Source: Pristiophorus japonicus
Taxonomy: Eukaryota
Direction: 5' to 3'
NCBI RefSeq assembly: GCF_044704955.1
Contig: NC_091999.1
Coordinates: 47,988,001 to 48,052,000 of the forward strand
Length of the DNA stretch: 64,000 nucleotides
Positions within the stretch are counted from its first letter, which is position 1, and every line of letters begins with the position of its first letter. This document shows positions 1 to 13,700 of this stretch, in pieces. Under the pieces are notes generated by a model. It made no database searches, was not told where the DNA came from, and saw nothing but the letters and a program-made list of their open reading frames with translations. The translations under genes were made by a program, and so were the position numbers.

Positions 1-1502
1 AACTGTGCAGTTGTTCTCAGTTGGCTACCATTGCCCACCATGGGGGTGTAAATGGCGCAGCCTGCAAACTTATTGACGGTGGCGCAGCCCGCAGACTTGT
101 TGATGGGCATGGAAGCTTTTGAAAATGATAAATCACCGATCACGGACCACCAGATTCGGACTTGGATCAGCCAAGAACCCCTTTTGTCCCGAGTAAAAAA
201 CTGTGTACTGCATACGAGCTGGGCCAGCAAACCCGTTGAAATGCAAAAGCTAATCAAGCCGTTCCAGCGGTGAAAGGACAAGCTGTCCATTCAGGCAGAC
301 TGCCTGTTGTGCAGTAACCGCCTAGTGCTACCCAAAACGGGCAGGGAGACGTTCATCTCGGATCTCCAAAGCACACCACCGGGTAAAGTAATGATGAAAG
401 CGATAGCCAGATCCCACGTGTGGTGGCCCGGTATCGACTCTGACTTGAAGTCTTGTGTATGCCAATGCAGCATGCGTGCTCAGTTGAGCAACACGCCCAG
501 AGAGGCACCACTAAATTTGTAGTCCTGGCCCTCCAGACCATGATCGAGGATCCATGTCGACTATGCGGGCCCGTTTCTCGGTATAATGTTCCTGGTGGTG
601 GTGGATGATTTTTCAAAATGGATTGAATGTGAAATAATGTCGGGAAGCACCGCCACCGCCATCATTGAAAGCCTGAGGGCCATGTTTGCCGCCCACGGCC
701 AGCCTGACATACTGGTCAGTGACAACGGGCCATGTTTCACCAGTGCCGAATTTAAAGAATTCATGACCCGCAATGGGATCAAACATGTCACCTCTGCCCC
801 GTTTGAACCATCCTCCAATGAGCAGGCAGAGCGGGCAGTACAAACAATCAAACAGAGCCTCAAACAAGTTACAGAAGGCTTACTCGAAACCCGCCTGTCC
901 CGAGTGCTGCTCAGCTACTGCACGTGACCCCACTCACTCACAGGGGTTCCCCCGGCTGAGCTATTCATGAAAAGGACACTTAAAACCAGACTCTCACTGG
1001 TTCTCCACAACCTGCATGACCAGGTAGAGAGCAGGCGGCAGCAACAAAATGTAAACGATGGTCGCGCCACTGTGTCAGGGGAAATTGATCTGAATGACCC
1101 TGTGTATGTACTAAACTATGGACATGGTCCGAAGTGGATCGCGGGCAGGGTGATAGCTAAAGAAGGGAGTAGGATGTTTGTACTCAAACTAGCCAATGGA
1201 CAAATTTGCAGAAGCACTTGGACCACACGAGGCTGTGGTTCATAGACTGCCCTGAACAACCCACAACAGACACCACATTTTTCGAGCGCATAACACACAC
1301 CAAAAGGATCAACAACACCACGCCGGACCAGGAAATCGAACCCATCACGCCCAACAGCCCAGCAAGGCCAGGCTCACCCAGCAGCTCTGCAGGGCTAACA
1401 ACACACCAGCCCAGCGAGGGTGCAGCCAACACACCAGAACCGACATTTGTATCAAGGCCGTGCACCAGGGAAAGAAAGGCTCCCGACCGCCTCACCTTGT
1501 AA
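1..1502 (+). mobile_element. Ty3/Gypsy LTR retrotransposon pol 3' end (integrase), disrupted by stops/frameshifts
   Basis: ORF pieces: 'MKAIARSHVWWPGIDSDL..C.QC' (integrase zinc-finger region), 'HVDYAGPF..MFLVVVD' and 'LVSDNGPCFTSAEFKEFMTRNGIKHVTSAP..P.SN.QAERAVQTIK' (rve core), ending 'RERKAPDRLTL*' at 1502. Confidence 0.95.
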
Positions 1503-1531
1503 ATAGTTTTCACTTTGACTTTGAGGGGGAG

Positions 1532-1740
1532 TGATGCTGTGCATCTGTAAAGCATGCACTCCCATGTTCCGCCACCAGGGAGCGCAGCCCCAGAAGACCC
1601 AAGGGATCCCAGCATCCCTTGAGAGCACTGTATATAAGCTGGCCCCGAAGGTCTGTTACTCACTCTGGATTGTCTTAATAAAGACTGAGGTCACTGTTAC
1701 TTTAACCTTCCTCTGAAGTCTCATCTGTGTTAGGAACACA
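1532..1740 (+). mobile_element. 3' LTR of the Gypsy element
   Basis: Polypurine tract gagggggag (1523-1531) directly before TG at 1532; TATA-like tatataag ~1631; aataaa ~1677; ends ...aacaca at 1740. Confidence 0.8.
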
Positions 1741-1744
1741 ATAC

Positions 1745-2200
1745 TATACCTCAATATCATCTATCCGCCTCATTTGTGTAACCCCTTGCCTAACAAAGAT
1801 GTATCAATCTCAGTTTTGACATTTTCAATTGATCCTCCGCCTCAACAGCTGTTGGGGGAGAGATTTCCAGATTACTATTATCATTTGTGTGAAAGAATCC
1901 TTCCTGACCTCACTCCTCAATGGGCTCGCTCGAATTTTGGGTTTCTGCCCCTTGTTCTCAATCCCGCACCAAGGAAATATTTTCTCTCTACCCTAACAAT
2001 TCCGTTTATCAAGTTAAACAACTTATATCACCTCTTTACCTTCAAAATGCAAAGTAATACAAGCCTATTCTGTGCTACCTGTCCGCATTATTTAACCATT
2101 TTAGCCCCGGTATGATTCGGGTGAATTTGCATTGCACCCGTTCCAAAGCCGGTATATCCATCCTGCAGCGCGGTGCACGGAACTGAACACAATGTTCTAA
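1745..2200 (-). mobile_element. Old CR1 LINE 3' fragment (paralogous to 60075-60500)
   Basis: Antisense CR1 3' ORF2/UTR motifs (gtatcaatctcagtttt, ttccagatt, aactgaacaca). Confidence 0.6.
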
Positions 2201-2344
2201 ATAGGGCAGGCGCCCTTTCTAGCAGTGGGTCCTGAGACAGTTACCAGCAAAGGGTTCCAACACCGCCTGTCGCTCCATCTCAGTATAAACCTGAGACCAA
2301 GGGCAGCAGACATATTATCTGAAATTAGAGCAGAGGGAAAGCAA

Positions 2345-2475
2345 GAGCAAAATACTGCAGATGCTGCAATCTGAAAAAAAAACATAAAATACTGGAAATC
2401 TCAGCGGGTCAGGCAGCATCTGTGGAGATACAAAATAGTTAACGTTTGAGGTCGATGACCCTTCGTCAGGGCGAA
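2345..2475 (-). repeat. Short Penelope-associated terminal repeat
   Basis: aaatactgcagatgctg..aatctgaaa...tcaggcagcatctgtggaga...gacccttcgtcag. Its reverse complement occurs at ~4640-4730 and ~44455-44570. Absent from the paralogous position at ~60660. Confidence 0.6.
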
Positions 2476-2514
2476 CATCTTGCGAGGTTATTAAATCCTG
2501 AACCATGAGGAATC

Positions 2515-2935
2515 CCGAATCAGAAGATTGTGGGTTCAAGTCGCACTCCACATTCTTGAACAAAAAATGTAAGCTGCTACTCCCAGTGCAATACTGAGGT
2601 AGCGCTGCATTGTGGGAGTACCATATTTCGGATGAGATAGGAAACCAAGGCCCCATCTGCCCTTTGAATTGGATGGAAAATATCCCTTGGGGTTATTTCG
2701 AAGATGAGCAGGGCATTTCTCCCAGTTGTCCTGGACAATACTTACGACTCAACAAACAGCACTAAACAAAAAGATTATCTGGTCATTATCACATTGCTGT
2801 TCGTGGGACCTTACTGTCTGAACATTGGCCGACGCGATTTCTACAGTAAAACAGTGACCACAATTCAAGAAGAACTTCCTTGGTGGTGAAGCACTTTAGG
2901 ACAACTGGAGTTCGGCCATGGCATTTCTTTCTTTT
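2515..2935 (+). mobile_element. Deu-domain SINE (SacSINE1/AmnSINE1-like)
   Basis: B-box-like gggttcaagtc, central cagtgcaatactgagg...cggatgaga, ctggtcattatcacattgctgt, L2-like tail. Confidence 0.7.
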
Positions 2936-3238
2936 ATATTATAATGGAAGAAACCATAAACAGCACGATTGTATATTAGAAATAGAGCTTTCTCAGCATA
3001 AACCTCAGACTAAGGACACCTCACTCACTATCCGACATCACCGCTCAGGGAAACCTTTGACGAGGTTATGGAATTCTGAACCATGAGGGAACTTAAATTA
3101 GGACGTACAACGAAAGGAAGTCCAAGCTGTACGTTTGTCAATGAAAAAAGTTCTGTGCTGTTTACTAATTCGAATAAAAGCTCTGATTGACATCCGCGCT
3201 CATAATGATTTGGGACTCCACGGGCTGGTCTCCATTAT

Positions 3239-3522
3239 CGTGAGATCTGGCAAAGTTTCGGCTTTGTCTGAACCCTTGATGAGAGACCTGGTAGGTAGAA
3301 ACCTTGGCAATGTCAGCCGACTGGGCACCGAGAAGTTTCAGTTCACTTCACAGATGGGAGAGGTGACGAAGCCCTGATGCATGAGTGATCAGCCAATTCA
3401 AGGTCTCACTCTTTGGACGGAATTCGAGGATTGAACACACAGCTGATGCATATTTGTTGCTGGTGATTTCTTCACGGACGTCAGCATGAGGATAACGGTT
3501 GAATGATGTACCACACGATGTG
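3239..3522 (-). pseudogene. IGHM: Degenerate IgM heavy-chain CH2 exon (second copy)
   Basis: Colinear with 61260-61577. Minus-strand reading includes 'AVCSILEFRPKSE..NW', 'GFVTSPICEVN*NFSVPSRLT' and 'QVSHQG.RQSRNFARS'. It has a stop codon, internal deletions and a mutated splice donor. Confidence 0.9.
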
Positions 3523-3589
3523 CAAGAAATTTATTTTATTGATATTATTTATTGCAATCCAAACAATTAAGAATTGTGAAGAGTTTTTT

Positions 3590-4080
3590 CATAGAAACAG
3601 GCGATTCAGTCCAATAGGCTGATTTTTATGTTGCACATGAGTCTCCTCTCTCCCTACTTCTTCACCACCTATCAACACCTTCGATCCCTTTATCCGTCGT
3701 GTACTTATCTGCATTCCCCTGAAACGCATCTATGATATTTGCCTCAATTACTACTACCTATGGTAGCGAGATCCACAATCTACCCACTCTCTGGGTAAAG
3801 AAGACCCTCCTGAATTACCTATTGAATATCTTATATTTATGGGCCCTAGTATCAGGCTCCTAGTCAAGCAGAAATATCTTCTACCCGACTAACCTTTCAA
3901 ACCCCTTCATAATTTCAAAAAACTTTATTCGGTCACCCCTCAGCCTTCCCTTTTCTTGAAAAAAAAGATCCCCAGCCGGTTTAATTTATTCTTGGCAGTT
4001 AAAATCGTTCAGTTCTGGTATTCTCCTTGGAAATCTTTATTTGCACTTCTCCAGTGCTTCTGTATCATTCTTCTCATATG
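3590..4080 (-). mobile_element. CR1 LINE 3' fragment
   Basis: Antisense CR1 3' motifs (ccactctctgggtaaagaag, aaccccttcataatt, tcacccctcagcctt). Confidence 0.65.
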
Positions 4081-4164
4081 GAAGCCAGAACTATGCTCAG
4101 TAAATTAAGTGTGATTATGTAGGTCAGAACTGAACACAGCGTCCTAAGTGTGATATCGAGACCA

Positions 4165-4730
4165 CACTTGTACACCTTTGAAGAATAGTTCCATTCAGCC
4201 CATAAGCATGAACCCGCTTCTCGCTTTAATTTTCTGCTCCACTCCCACACTGACGTCTCCATCCTCAGTCTCTTACACGGTTCCAACGAATCTCAATGCA
4301 AGCACGAGGAATAGCACCTTATCTTCGATTTTATAGCATTACTTGCTCAATATCGAATTCAATAGAATTTCAGACCAGAACTTCCGCCTCTATGTTTTTC
4401 TGCCAAATGGCAGCAGTTGATGGTTCTGCCGTTCCCATTTATACTTCATGCGGAACAAACATGTGTTTCTTAACTTGTCCCATACCATCTCCCTTTGCCT
4501 AGCACCATCATCGCTTTTGTCTTTATATCACTCTTGCCTTCCATTCTATCACAGAGCTTATCATTTGTTCTTTACTCCACACCACCTAACCCTGACTTGA
4601 AACTTGCTTAATAATATGTAACATATCCAACTGTTTCCACTTTTGATGAAGGGTCTTCGACCTGAAATCTTAAACCTACCTATCTCTCCACAGACACAGT
4701 CAGACCTGCTGATTATGTCCAGCATGTTCA
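4165..4730 (+). mobile_element. Penelope-like element 3' end (GIY-YIG C-terminus plus terminal repeat)
   Basis: Degenerate 'FN..LHSHTDVSILSLLHGSNESQCKHEE*HLIFR...NIEFN', followed by tgatgaagggtc..cgacctgaaa...tctccacaga..cagacctgctga. Confidence 0.7.
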
Positions 4731-5073
4731 GTAGACAGATAGATAGACAGATAGATATATATGTGCATAGATGGATAGATCGATGGNNNNNNNNNNNNNN
4801 NNNNNNNNNNNNNNNNNNNNNNNNNNNNNNNNNNNNNNNNNNNNNNNNNNNNNNNNNNNNNNNNNNNNNNNNNNNNNNNNNNNNNNNNNNNNNNNNNNNN
4901 NNNNNNNNNNNNNNNNNNNNNNNNNNNNNNNNNNNNNNNNNNNNNNNNNNNNNNNNNNNNNNNNNNNNNNNNNNNNNNNNNNNNNNNNNNNNNNNNNNNN
5001 NNNNNNNNNNNNNNNNNNNNNNNNNNNNNNNNNNNNNNNNNNNNNNNNNNNNNNNNNNNNNNNNNNNNNNNNN

Positions 5074-7170
5074 CAAGCATATAGAGGGAGTTGTTGATAT
5101 AAATTAAGATAGATAGGGCAATATGTAGATTATTGGGCAGACTGATAGATAGAAAGGTATTGATGCAATAAACAATTTGGTTGATTGACAAAATTCCTTT
5201 TGAATGCCAAGGAGTAGATCAAGGATGTGAACAGAAGGATAGCGAATTATTTTGAATAAAAGGTCATCTCAGTTTTCCGTTCGGATTAAGAATGTGGAAA
5301 ATGCTTAGTGTCATCATCAGGGTATAGAAATCATATTGTGTGCTGAAACATGATCTACCGCACAATGGCAGTGAGAACTAGTCATACACAAATATTGTGG
5401 GAGGAAGTCAGGAGATATAAATCTCAGTATGTACTGACACATGATTTACTGCACGGTGGTTATGGGAGCAGGCATGTATAAATGTAGTGTGAGGAAGTCA
5501 CAGATGAAAATATCAGTATCCACTGACACCAGATCGAAGATGAACACTGTCACTCTGTAATAACATAGCTCAGGAACATTGGCCTACCCAGTCCACCAAT
5601 ATGGGAGGACAGCTGTATCCCGTCTATCTGTGTCTGAATTTGAATCCAGATCCAAATAAAGGTACTGAACTACTGACACGTCCTGTCCACCATTAGAAAG
5701 AGCAGTCCTTCAACCCCTGTCAGCGTTTACATTTCACCTCAAGTTCTGGGGTTGAGTAAAACATTCATCTCACCAATGCTTGTATACTATTGAGATTCAC
5801 ATCAGAAATCGGATCCAATTCGGGTGGGTGGAGGAAAATGGACAGCTAGATTGATAGTTAAACATACTCTCTGCATCTACCTTGTCGAACACCCTCAGTA
5901 ACTTATATGTTTCAATGTGATCACTTCTCATTCTTCTAATCCCCAATGTGTATAGATCAAACCTGATCAACCTATTTTCATAAGTCCCCCCTTTTATCAC
6001 AGGATTCAAACTAGTGAAACTTTTCTGAACTGCCTCAAAAACCAGGATATCCATCCTTAAATAAGGAGACCAAAACTGTATGCAGTACTGTTGGTGTGGT
6101 CAAACCAATAACCTCTACAGTGTAGCAGGATTTCCCTGTGTTTAACTTCCATCCTCTTTGCAATAAAGACCAACATTCAATTTGCCTTCCTGATTACTTG
6201 CTGTACATAAATACTAACTTTTGTATTTCATGCTCAAGACGTCAGGCCCCTCTGTCCTACTCCATTTTCTAATCCATCTCCATTAAAATATTACATTGCT
6301 TTTTTATTGTTCGTGCCAAAGTGGATAAGCTCACACTTTCGCAATTTATACACCATCTGCCAAATGTTTTCCCACTCACTTAGCCTGTCTATATCCCTTT
6401 GCAGCTTATTTGTGTCCTCCTCACAACATGCTTTCCCACGCATTTTTGTGTCATCAGCAAACTTGGCTAAATTATATTCGGTCCCTTCAACCAACTCATT
6501 AATATAGATTGTTAATAGTTGAGGCCATAGCACCGATAACTGTGGCATCCCAATAGTAACCGTTTGCTCACCGTAAAATGACCCGTTTATTCCAACACTT
6601 TCTTTTCTTTAGTTAGCCAAATCTCTATCTATGCCATTATATTACCACCGACCCGCTGAGCTTGTATCATTTGCAGTAACCTTTTATGTGGCAACTTATC
6701 GAATGCCTTCTGGACATCCAAATACAGCACATACACTTGTACCCCCTTATCACCCTGATAATTACATCCTCAAAGAACTCAAGAAAATTTGCCAAACATG
6801 ATTTACTTTTCAAAAAAGCATGCTGACTCCGCTTGAATGTGTCATGCGTTTCCAAATGTAATGCTTCTTATACCTCACTAAAGGAACCTGTGCACAATTT
6901 CCTGCTTTCTGTCGTCTTACTTTTTTAAATATGACCGTTATATTTGCGATTTTCCAATCTGTTGGGATCTCTCCAAAATCCAGGGAATTTTGGTAAATTG
7001 CAACCAATCCATTCAATATCTCTGCAGCCACTTCTTTTAAGACCCGAGGAAGCAGACCATCAATTCCAGGCGCCTTATCCAACTTTAGTCCTATTATTTT
7101 ACCCAATAATCTTTCTTTAGTGAAACTGATTGTTTGAAGTTTCCTCCTCTCTATAGCTACTTTATTGTCC
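5074..7170 (+). repeat. Segmental duplication unit, copy A (~770-bp non-coding block + antisense CR1 RT fragment)
   Basis: Starts atatagagggagttgttgatataaattaag, repeated at ~10782 and ~14436. The minus-strand CR1 from ~5845 gives RT-like ORFs (6291-6548, 6810-7106). Confidence 0.9.
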
Positions 7171-10100
7171 TACCTGGGCAGGACCGGAACCAATGCCCGA
7201 GTGGGAGTGTTTGCTAGTGCTGTTGGGGAGGAGTTAAACTAATATGGCAGGGGGATGGGAACGAATGCAGGGAGACAGAGGGAAACAAAAAGGAGACAAA
7301 AGCAAAAGACAGAAAGGAGATGAGGAAAAGTGGAGGGCAGAGAAACCCAAGGCAAAGAACAAAAAGGGCCACTGTACAGCAAAATTCTAAAAGGACAAAG
7401 GATGTTAAAAAAACAAGCCTGAAGGCTTTGTGTCTTAATGCAAGGAGTATCCGTAATAAGTTGGATGAATTAACTGTGCAAATAGTTCTTAACAAATATG
7501 ATGTGATTTGGATTACAGAGTCGTGGCTCCAGGATGATCAGAGCTGGGAACTCAACATCCAGGGGTATTCAACTTTCAGGAAGGATAGAATAAAAGGAAA
7601 TGGAGGTGGGGTAGCATTGCTGGTTAAGGAGGAGATTAATGCAATAGTAAGGAAGGACATTAGCTTGGATGATGTGGAATCTATATGGGTAGAGCTGCAG
7701 AACATCAAAGGGCAAAAAACGTTAGTGGGAGTTGTGTACAGACCTCACAACAGTATTATTGGTGTCGGGGAGGGCATCAAACAGGAAATTAGCGGTGCAA
7801 GCAATAAAGGTGCAGCAGTTATAATGGGTGACTTTAATATGCACATAGATTGGGCGAACCAAACTTGAAGTAATACGGTGAAGGAGGATTTCCTGGGGTG
7901 CATAAGAGATGGTTTTCGAGACCAATATGTCGAGGAACCAACTAGGGGGGAGTCCATCTTAGACTGGGTGTTGTGTAATGAGAGAGGATTAATTAGCTAT
8001 CTCGTTTTGCGAGACCCCTTGGGGAAGATTGACCATAATATGGTGGAATTCTGCATTAGGATGCAGAATGAAACAGATAATTCAGAGACCATGGTCCAGA
8101 ACTTAAAGAAGGCGAACTTTGACGATATGAGGCGTGAATTGGCAAAGATAGATTGGCGAATTAGACTTAAGGGGTTGACTGTGGATGGGCAATGGCAGAC
8201 ATTTAGAGACCGCATGGATGAACTACAACAATTGTACATTGCTGTCTGGCGTAAAAATGAAAAAGGGAAGGTGGCTCAACCGTGGCTATCAAGGGAAATC
8301 AGGGATAGTATTGAAGCCAGGGAAGTGGCATACAAATTGGCCAGAAATAGATCGAACCCGGGGACTGGGAGAAATTTAGAACTTAGCAGAGGAGGACAAA
8401 GGGTTTGATGAGGGCAAGGAAAATGGATTACGAGAAGAAGCTTGCAGAGAACATTAAGATGGATTGCAAAAGTTTCTATAGATATGTAAGGGAAAAAGGT
8501 TAGTAAAGACAAAGGTTGGTCCCCTGCAGTCAGAATCAGGGGAATCATAACGGGGAACAAAGAAATGGCGGACCAGTTGAACAAGTACTTTGGTTCGGTA
8601 TTCACTAAGGAGGACACAAACAACCTTCCGGATATAAAAGGGGTCAGAGGGTCTAGTAAGGAGGAGGAACTGAGTTAATTCTTATTAGTCGGGAAATTGT
8701 GTTGGGGAAATTGATGGAATTGAAGGCCGATAAATCACCAGGGCCTGATGCACTGCATCCCAGCGTACTTAAGGAGGTTGCCTTGGAAATAGCGGATGCA
8801 TTGACAGTCGTTTTCCAACATTCCATTGACTCTGGATCAGTTCCTATCGAGTGGAGAGAAGCCAATGTAATCCCACTTTTTAAAAAAGCAGGGAGAGAGA
8901 CAACGGGGAATTATAGACCGGTCAGCCTGACACCGGTAGTGGGTAAAATGATGGAATCAATTATTAAGGATGTCATAGCAGTGCATTTGGAAAGATGTGA
9001 CATGATCGGTCCAAGTCAGCATGGATTTGTGAAAGGGAAATCATGCTTGACAAATCTTCTGGAATTTTTTGAGGATGTTTCCAGTGGAGTGGACAAGGGA
9101 GAACCAGTTGATGTGGTATATTTGGACTTTCAGAAGGCTTTCGACAAGGTCCCACACAAGAGGTTAATGTGCAAAGTTAAAGCACATGGGATTGGGGGTA
9201 GTGCGCTGACATGGATTGAGAACTGGTTGTGAGACAGGAGGCACAGTGTAGGAGTAAATGGGTACTTTTCAGAATGGCAGGCATTGACTAGTGGGGTACC
9301 GCAATGTTCTGTGCTGGGGCCCCAGCTGTTTACATTGTACCTTAATGATTTAGACGATGGGATTAAATGTAGTATCTCCAAATTTACGGATGACACTAAG
9401 TTGGGTGGCAGTGTGAGCTGCGAGGAGGATGCTATGAGGCTGCAGAGCGACTTTGATATGTTATGTGAGTGGGCAAATGCATGCAGATGAGGTATAATGT
9501 GGATAAATGTGAGGTTATCCACTTTGGTGGTAAAAACAGAGAGACAGACTATTATCTGAATGGTGACAGATTAGGAAAATGGGAGGTGCAACGAGACCTG
9601 GGTGTCATGGTACATCAGTCATTGAAGGTTGTCATGCAGGTACAGCAGGCGGTTAAGAAATCAAAAGGCATGTTGGTCTTCATAGCGAGCGGATTTGAGT
9701 ACAGGGATAGGGAGGTGTTGCTACAATTGTACAGGGCCTTGGTGAGGCCACACCTGGATTATTGTGTACAGTTTTGATCTCCTAACCTGAGGAAGGACAT
9801 TCTTGCTATTGAGGGAGTGCGGCGATTCCCGGGATGGCGGGACTGACCTATCAAGAAAGACTGGATCAACTGGGCTTGTATTCACTGGAGTTCAGAAAAA
9901 TGAGAGGGGACTTCATAGAAACGTTTAAAATTTTGATGGGTTTAGAAAGGTTAGATCCACAGAGAATGTTCCCAATGTTGGGAAGTCCAGAATCAGGGGA
10001 CACAGTCTGAGGATAAGGGGTAAGCAATTTAGGACCGAAATGAGGAGAAACTTCCTCACCCAGTGAGTGGTGAACCTGTGGAATTCTCTACCACAGAAAG

Positions 10101-10302
10101 TTGTTGAGGCCAATTCACTAAATATATTCAAAAAGGAGTTTGATGAAGTCCTTACTACTAGGGGGATCAAGGGGTATGGCGAGAAGGCAGGAATGGAGTA
10201 CTGAAGTTGCATGTTCAGTCATGAACTCATTGAATGGTGGTGCAGGCTAGAAGGGCCGAATGGCCTACTCCTGCACCTATTTTCTATGTTTCTATGTTTC
10301 TA
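7170..10302 (+). mobile_element. CR1 LINE, 5'-truncated: ORF1 esterase tail + near-complete ORF2 (APE endonuclease + RT) + 3' UTR
   Basis: 'GTN....FASAVGEELN*', 'LCLNARSIRNK..ITESWL', 'MGDFN', 'KSPGPDALHP', 'YLDFQKAFDKVPH', 'SGVPQ.SVLGP', 'KFTDDTKL', with a (tttctatg)n tail. Several stops and frameshifts. Inserted into the older antisense CR1 of copy A. Confidence 0.97.
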
Positions 10303-10767
10303 TATTGGGATATTTTTAGTATCGTGTACCGTGAAGACCGATAACAAATATTCGTTCATATATAGATAGAGAGATAGATAGATGGATAGGTAGATATGTA
10401 CATATAAAGGTAGATAGATGGATAGATGGAGAAAAAGAGCGAGAGATTGTGTGTGAGNNNNNNNNNNNNNNNNNNNNNNNNNNNNNNNNNNNNNNNNNNN
10501 NNNNNNNNNNNNNNNNNNNNNNNNNNNNNNNNNNNNNNNNNNNNNNNNNNNNNNNNNNNNNNNNNNNNNNNNNNNNNNNNNNNNNNNNNNNNNNNNNNNN
10601 NNNNNNNNNNNNNNNNNNNNNNNNNNNNNNNNNNNNNNNNNNNNNNNNNNNNNNNNNNNNNNNNNNNNNNNNNNNNNNNNNNNNNNNNNNNNNNNNNNNN
10701 NNNNNNNNNNNNNNNNNNNNNNNNNNNNNNNNNNNNNNNNNNNNNNNNNNNNNNNNNNNNNNNNNNN

Positions 10768-13700
10768 ATATATGTACAACATTATAGAGAGGGTTGTTGA
10801 TATAAATTAGGACAGAGAGTGCAATATGTAGATTATTGGACAGACTGATAGATCGAAAGGTATTGATGCAATAAATAATTTGGTAGATTGACAAATGTTA
10901 TGTTGAATCCCAAGGAGTAGAATAAGAATGTGAACAGATGAATTGTGAATTATTTTGAATAAAACCCTATCTCTGTTTGAAGTTCTGATTAAGAATGTGT
11001 AAAATGCTTAGTGTCATCATCAGGGTATGGAAATCTTATTGTTTGCTGATACCTGATCTACTGCACAATGTCAATGAGATCTAATCATACACTAATACTG
11101 TGGGAGGAAGTCAGTAGATATAAATCTCAGTATGTACTGACACATGATTTACTGCACTGTGGTTATGGGGATTCGTCATGTACAAATGTAGTGTGAGGAA
11201 GTCACAGATGAAAATATCTGTGTCAACTGACACTGGATCTAATATGAACACGTGTTTATCTGTAATAACAAAATCCAGGAACATTGCCCTAACCAGTCCC
11301 CCAATAGAGGGAGGACAACTATATCCCGTCTATCTGTGTATGAATTTGATCCCGTCTCCAAACGAAAGTCACTGAGCTACTGACACATCCTATCCACCAT
11401 TAGATAGAACAGACCTTCATCCCCTTGTCCGCGTTTGCATTTCACCTCAAGTTCCAGGGGTGAATCAAACACTCATCCTACCAATGCTTGTATACTATTG
11501 AGGTTCACATCAGAATTCGCATCCAATTGGGGTGGCAGAGGAAAACGGAGAGGTAGATAGATAGTTAAACATGCTCTCTGCATCTAACTTGTCTAACACC
11601 CTCAGTAACTTATATGTTTCAACGTGTTCACATCTCATTCTTCTAATCCTCAATGTGTATAGATCCAACCTGCTCCACCTTTTTTCATAAGTCACCACAT
11701 TTATCTCAGGATTCAAACTAGTGAATCTTTTCTGAACTCCATCCAATGCCAGTATATCCCTCGTTAAATAAGGAGACCAAAACTGTACGGAGTTTTGTTG
11801 GTGTGGTCACACCAATATCCTGTACAGTTGTAGCAGGACTTTCCTACGTTTATATTCCATCACCATTGCAATAAAGGCCAACATTCAATTTGCCTTCCTG
11901 ATTACTTGCCTTACATTCATACTAACGTTTGTGTTTCATGCACAAGACTTCAGGTCCCGCTGTACTGCGGCATTTTGTAATCCATCTCTAGTAAAATATT
12001 ATTTTTTTTTTTGTTGTTCCTGCCACACTTTACCATATAATGCACAATCTGCCCAATACTTTCCCACTCACTTACACTGTCTATATCCCTTTGCAGATTC
12101 TCTGTGTCCTTCTCACCACATGCTTTCCCACTCACCTTTGCATAATCAACAAACTTGGCCACATTACACTCCATTCATTCATTCATGTCATTAATATAGA
12201 TTGCAAATAGTTGAGGCCATAGCACCGATAACTGTGGCACCCCATTAGTTACCGTTGCCCACCGTAAAATGACCTGTTTATCCCGACTCTCTGTTTTCTG
12301 TTAGTTAGCCAATCCTCTATCCATGCAAATATAGTACCACCGACCCCCTGAGCTTGTCTCCTGTGCAGTAACCTTTTATGTGGCAACTGATCGAATGCCT
12401 TCTGGAAATCCAAATACAGCACAGCCACTCGTCTCCCCTGATAGTTACATCCTCAAAGAACTCAAGTATATTTGCCAAACATGATTTACTTCTCAAAAAA
12501 ATCATGCTGACTCTGCTTGAATGAATTACGCTTTTCCAAATGCAATGCTCCTACTTCCTTACTAAAGGACTCTGGCATTTTCCCAACGATAGATGTTAGG
12601 CTAACTAGTGTCTAATTTCCTGCTTTCTGTCATCTTACTTTTTGAAAATAGGACCGTTATATTTGCGATTTTTCTATCCGTTGGGATCTCTCCAGAATCC
12701 AGGGAATTTTGGTAAATTGCAAACAATGCATCCAATATCTCTGCAGCCACTTCTTTTAAGACCTGAGGATGCGGATCATGAGTTCCAGGCGACTTGTCCA
12801 ACTTTAGTTCCATTATTTTACCCAATACTTTTTCTTTCGTGAAAGTGATTGTTTTACGTTTCCTCCTCCCTATAGTCACTTTATTGTCTATTATTGGGAT
12901 GTGTTTAGTGTCTTGTACCGTGAAGATCGAAATCAAATGTTTGTTCACAGAGGGATAGAGAAATAGGTCCCTCTGTACTGCTGAATTTTGTAGTCCTTCT
13001 CTATTAAAATATTAAATTGCTTTTTTATGGTTCATGCCAAAGTGGACAACCTCACTTTCCCACATTATGCACCATCTGCAAAATCTTTTCCCACTCACTT
13101 AGCCTGTCTATATCCCATTTTATATTCGTTGTGTCCTCCTCACAACATGCTTTCCCGCCCATGTTTGTATAAACAGCAAACGTGGCGACATTACACATGG
13201 TTCCTTCATCCAAATCGTTAATCTTCATTGTAAATAGTTGAGGCCATAGCACTGATCACTGTAGCATCTCATGAATTACGGTTTTCCCAAAGTAAAATGT
13301 CCCGTTTATCCCGACTCTCTATTTTCTGTTAGTTAGCCAATCCTCTGTCCATGCCAATATATTATCACCGACCCCCTGAGTTTGTATCGTGTGCAGTAAC
13401 CTTTATGTGGCACCTGATCGAATGCCTTCTGGAGTTCAAAATACACAGCATCCACTCATTCCCTCGTATCCACCGTGATAGTTACATTCTAAAATAATTC
13501 CAGAATATTTGTCAAACATGATTTACTTTTAAAAAAATCATGCTGACTCTGCTTGAATGTATTATGCTTTTGCAAATGCAATGCTACTACTTCCTTACGA
13601 AAGGATTCGAGCATTTTCCCCACGACAAATGCTAGGCTAACCAGTGTGTAACGTCCTTTTTTTTGTCGTCTTCATTTTTTAAATAGCACCATTATATTTG

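Noticed and set aside
4561-5191. Long ORFs spanning N runs (also at 10.3-10.9, 13.9-14.5, 15.0-15.7, 19.7-20.2, 39.4-39.9 and 40.8-41.1 kb)
   Set aside because: Artefacts of undetermined or masked bases, mostly flanked by simple repeats.
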